This document shows positions 59,330 to 64,000 of a stretch of 64,000 bases of DNA, one piece after another (within the stretch, counting starts at the first letter, position 1; each line of letters begins with the position of its first letter). This stretch comes from Flectonema sp. DT1601 (Eukaryota): NCBI GenBank assembly GCA_964019425.1, contig OZ025800.1, forward strand, positions 124,001-188,000, given 5' to 3'. Under the pieces are notes generated by a model. It was not told where the DNA came from. It searched no databases and was given only the letters and a program-made list of their open reading frames with translations. A program made the position numbers and the translations under genes.

Positions 59330-61801
59330 CGCATCTGCTGCGGTAATCTATTAAGGGGAAAACAAGAATAAACAAAACCATATTGACAAGACAACAAATA
59401 CATCTGGGGAATTACTTTCACTTTTTTTTTTTTTTTTTTTTCTGTTCTTCTTGATTTTCTTTCTTTAAAAGAAACCATTGCGATGATGCACCAGTTCGTG
59501 AAAAGAGGCTCCGCTTTGAGGATAAAAAATCCAATCAGCTCTCTTGATGTGCATGCTGTCAGCGTGTTACTGTACCAACAATAAGAAAATTATTTAATTT
59601 TATTTATTTATTTATTTATCGAAGTAAGGGAAGCCAAACTTCTAGAGAAGCTCACGGGGTACCAGCCGTGAGATAGGAACAAGAATGAACTTATTAAAAG
59701 AATAACATTGCCTTATATTTTATTGATCGCGGGCAGAAATACCGGCACACAGGGTAATAGATTAACAGACTAAAAAAAAAGAGGTTCACACCAATTGTTT
59801 TGAGAGCTATATCTGTATTCAAGCAGGGCTTAACTGTTTGAGCAATTGTATCAAAGTTAACCAATATAAGTAATATTAGTAATTTATGAAACACTCTACA
59901 TCATTATTTATATTCAAACAGGGTGAGAGCGTAACGAATATGAACATCAGTGGTTAGTTTCTAATTATGTTTTGATAACCTTCTCTTGCTCAGAGCTCGG
60001 AGTACAAGTGTGTCAGTTGCCATGTCACAAAACCCAACACAAGATCAGCTCTCCAAATCGCGAAATAACTGCATCGCTGATACAGTAAACCACAACAAGT
60101 TTTTTTCTCACATGGGTAAATTGCACTTCAAACACTGCACACAAAAAGAAAGTCAACAACAACAACAAAAAAAAAAAAAAATATGATTGTCACTATTGCG
60201 AGACAATCATAATAAAAATAAAAAAAAAGGACAAGTTTGTGCGGTGCTACTTTGCAGAAGGTACCTGGAGAAACCTTCTTCTAGAGTTATATCACGCACA
60301 GAACAGTTTCATCAATATAACCTGTGCTGTTTTAGATTTAGCTTTGATAAGTTTGGTACGCGAAGTCTCTCTTTTTGGATTTCCCTTTCTGGATAATTTC
60401 TTGTGCAAAAACTAAAAACCAAAAAGAAAAAAAGAAGGATTAACTTGGTTTCCAATTGTTACCCAAACTTCTAATTTTATTTAGAATAACGACAGCAGCA
60501 GAATGAACACTTAGTCAATGTTGCCTCTTAAGTAAGCATTCATTTACAGAGTCGAATAGCCCTTTTTCAACTGTCTGGGTGATCTAACAATAGCCAGTAA
60601 GAAGAGAGACGCATAAATAAATAAAAAAAGGACAACGGTCGATTATATAGAACAAGAACAAATAGGTTTCCTAAACTAAAAAGTAAAGCACGTACACCTG
60701 GTGGCATCGGGAGGGGAGACAAACACACTAAACAGATAATCGCTAATCCCTCCTTTCGACTGAGCATTATTTTTTTTTTGTTTTTTTGTGTTTTTCTTGT
60801 CCAGAACGCCACGAATGATGAACAATGAACTTGTTCAAGTAAGCCTTTGCACACCCGAAACGGGATTGTGCGTTAAAAACTTGGCAAAAATGCAAGCAGT
60901 CCCTTCACAATGAGAGGGGGGAAAAATAAAACCACATACCCAAGAATGTTTAGGGCATGAGATTTTCGTTGCGTAGATAAAACAATAACGGAACAAACCC
61001 ATGCAGTAGAGAGAATGGCAAAGAAAACAAACGCTATCAAAAAGAATAAAAGTTAAAAAAAAACAGAAAATATACTTTGCCGATTAAGAAAACACAAAAT
61101 ACATCTGCCTTCTCTCCGTTGATACAATAAAATGAGGTTTTTTGAAACTTGTTACGAGCATTCCATTTTTTTAAACAGAAATTCCTCACAAGGATCTTCA
61201 CCATTATAACCCACTAACAGAAACTAATAGTAATAAAGAGGTCACGATAGCACGTAACAAGAGAGGAACATGAATCCCAAGTCTACCACAATTGAATACA
61301 AATTACAATCTGCTGAGTTCTGCAGACACGCAAGTGAACGTTGCAAGTTTTTGCAGCTTAGGATGAATGGCTGAAAAAAAAAAAGGGAATCTTGCATCGA
61401 TAACGCGTCTAAGACATGGAACCACCGCAACTCACAATCAGCGATTGAGAGTAATGTGCCGTGATAAAACACGTACAGGAGAGGAAGCGGAAATCTCAAG
61501 CTTACTGCGAGAGAAGAGAAGAAGCATTCAGGAATAGAACCTTGATTATCTAAATAAAAGTAATTACAGAAAGTTTCAAAAGGCCCACACTCCAACTTAA
61601 AAAAAGATTATTGTTGTTTGCAGGAATCGATAAGCCTAAGATAAAGAAAGTATCCCGCACCGTGAGGCTGTTGTCAATAAGTAACGAAACAAGTAACAAA
61701 ATAAAAATAAAATTATAACAAAACCAAAACAAAATTTAAAAAATAAAAGAATCCTACTGATTAGTATGCCAGAATATATTTCTAATAGTGAGATCTGAGT
61801 A

Positions 61802-64000
61802 TCAACTCGTTGGTATCGTCATGGCTACTGAGAAGGAGACAGATTGATTCTTGTCTGTGTTATTACTGTACACTATTGGAGCTAATGTGGTACAGGTAGA
61901 GCTAAGACCAAGTGTTGTTGCTGCTTTATTTGAGTCAAAGGTCTTGTGAAGATTTGCCAATGGCGCCTTATCTCTCTCTTCCTTCTCCTTACCAGTTGAT
62001 AAGTCGACAGTTCTCAGTACAGGTATTGCTTCAGCTGTTGCTGCAGATCCCAATGAAACACTCGCACATACTTCAGGTTCTTTTCCTTCATCTTCATCAC
62101 CAAAATAATTCCAAAGACCTCTTTCAGTAAATCCTCTTCTTATTTTTACACTAAAGACAGGAAGACCTGATCCACAAACAGTAGGAACCCTACAATGATA
62201 TTTAACGTACGGATACAACTCCGAAGGTATCGGAACATCAAAATCAGGCAACGTTCCAATAAGACAAAACTTATCCCGTTGTAAAGCTGCTGATGACAAA
62301 GAAAGAGCAAGATTAACAGCTGGTCCGATTATGGTTGCAAGAGATCGATGTTTCCCAATAACTTTTCCGTAATACAAACACCCGCATACAGCACCCACAG
62401 ATGAAGTAATCCATTCAGTATCAGCAGATAGAAGTGTTGAGTATCTAACAATTGATGTTAAGTGATTACCTGTTGAAGGTTTAAATGTTCCCCAACTGAC
62501 TAATAAAATAGAACCGATTGACGTAATTAAGGAACCAGCGCTTTTGTGAAGAGCTGACTCACAGGCGCTTAGGAAAGCTCCCATTTGATTGGCGATAATT
62601 TCTTGAGCGAGAGGATCGATTCCGCGGTAGTACATTTCTGTTGAGGCAACTGCACCGCAAGACATCTCTAAACGAGGGAGACATACTCCGACTGATGCAG
62701 ATGGATGGTTTCCAATTATTTCACTGTAGTTGTGAGTACAGGCAGTCCTACCAACAAGTGGATTGCTGTGACATCCTCCACGCTCAACACCTTGAGTTTC
62801 TTTCTTTCTTGTTAATTGAAGTTGTAGTTCAGGTTTTCTCCCGATTAACGGATTTGGTATCAAACCAACGACTTCATGTGGTTCAGGAAATCCTTTTAAC
62901 GGTTGCTTACCATATCGAACTTTAGAACATTCTGAATCGAGTCCAGTTATTGCAATGACATCTTGAACTTCTTTGCTACAAAGAACAAGTCCTCCGCAAG
63001 CGATTGACTCAATTCTAGCAGCCATGTTGACAACACTACCTGAGTAGTCAGCTCTTCCAAGGATTGGATTTATTGCCATCGTAGTAGGTCCGTAATGGAT
63101 TCCAATACGAACTCGAAGACCGTTCCATATGACGGCTCCCCCTGATGTCCGTTCCTCACACTTTGTCTCTGTTAATAAATCAGCAGGCCACTCCTGGTGT
63201 AGTAGTTCCATTTGAGCCCACAACCCGAAGTTAACTGCGTCAACAGGCGATTCAAAGGCGACCATAAACGCATCGCCAATTGTTTTTATTTCGTATCCGT
63301 TGAATTTCGCAATAGCTCGTCTGAAGAGCTGATTGTGAATCGCGAGGGATGTCTTCATTCCCTGAGGATGAGCTTCCCACAATGGTGTCGAACCTTCGAT
63401 ATCTGTAAATACGATTGCTACATTACCAGTCGGAGGGGATACCTGTTTGTTATTTATAAAAACCTGAAAGTAGAGTAATGCGATATCACGGAATTCAATT
63501 TCATACCTTCGCAACAATAAAGTCCTCATCATTACGTTGAACGTCTTTTAAAATAGCAGCCGGGATGAACGAACGATACTCTCCGAGGATTGAAACCATT
63601 TTATCAAATGATTCAGTCAAGTAATGAAGTTCTTTAATAAATGACGTTCGATACTTTTCCTTTTCTCTCTTCTCGTGAATATGTTCAAGTTCCATAGTAC
63701 AGGCCAAGTCAAAGTCTGCAGTTATACTACCGATGGGACGAACGAAGAAGAAATAAGTAAAAAGTAACAACAACACGAGTGCAAACCCACACATGGAAAG
63801 AGAGATCGCTATTGTATTATTGCGACGTTCCTGAACTCTGGATAAGTAATCATCTTGTGGAATGACTACAAATAAAATCCAATCGATATTATGAATATCA
63901 TTCGGTTTAATAGAAACAACAGATATCCAATAGTCTGCTCCAGTGATACGAACTTCAGATCTGGAAGTTCCTAAAGTAAGAATTCGATTCTTTGTATTTG
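61802..64000 (-). CDS. Receptor-type adenylate cyclase (Cache-like sensor end - TM - HAMP - cyclase - degenerate cyclase), 5' end outside the window
   Basis: Frame open from 64000 (...IDWILFVVIPQDDY...TM...RPIGSITADF). Intron 63443-63506 joins FIVAK to VSPPTGNVAIVFTDIEGST; YEIKTIGDAFM and ADYSGSVVNMAARIE follow. Confidence 0.9.

Noticed and set aside
59400..61800. Short hydrophobic or Lys/Phe-rich ORFs in long intergenic regions (also 13300-14900, 18300-19700, 52050-52800)
   Set aside because: They derive from poly-A/T low-complexity UTR-like sequence and show no motifs or coding-like composition.

Overview
AT-rich, gene-dense eukaryotic DNA. Every credible gene in the 64 kb lies on the minus strand with short intergenic gaps, as expected of a polycistronic, trans-spliced gene cluster. 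Short GT-AG introns are also frequent: 15 could be placed by restoring reading frames. Together with Cache/HAMP receptor adenylate cyclases, an Unc104/K39-like kinesin and RBP16-like cold-shock proteins, this points to a euglenozoan, most likely a diplonemid (inference). Single-copy genes are TM9SF (partial), two UBL-ankyrin paralogues, an MFS transporter, two adenylate cyclases, two CSD proteins, an Oca6-like and a SAC9-like pseudophosphatase, a kinesin, a T1-less Kv channel, a SMYD-type SET protein, UPF2 and three hypotheticals. The dominant feature is a 23-kb head-to-tail array (21618-44800, period exactly 1373 bp) of 17 apparently identical copies of an unrecognised secreted 243-aa, 12-Cys protein. 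Its repeat boundaries coincide with splice-site-like motifs. Other notable signals: cis-intron acceptors are A/C-rich while 5'-leader acceptors are pyrimidine-rich; an intron carries an insert flanked by a 13-bp direct repeat; and an intronic 9-bp microsatellite mimics a (TPP)n ORF.
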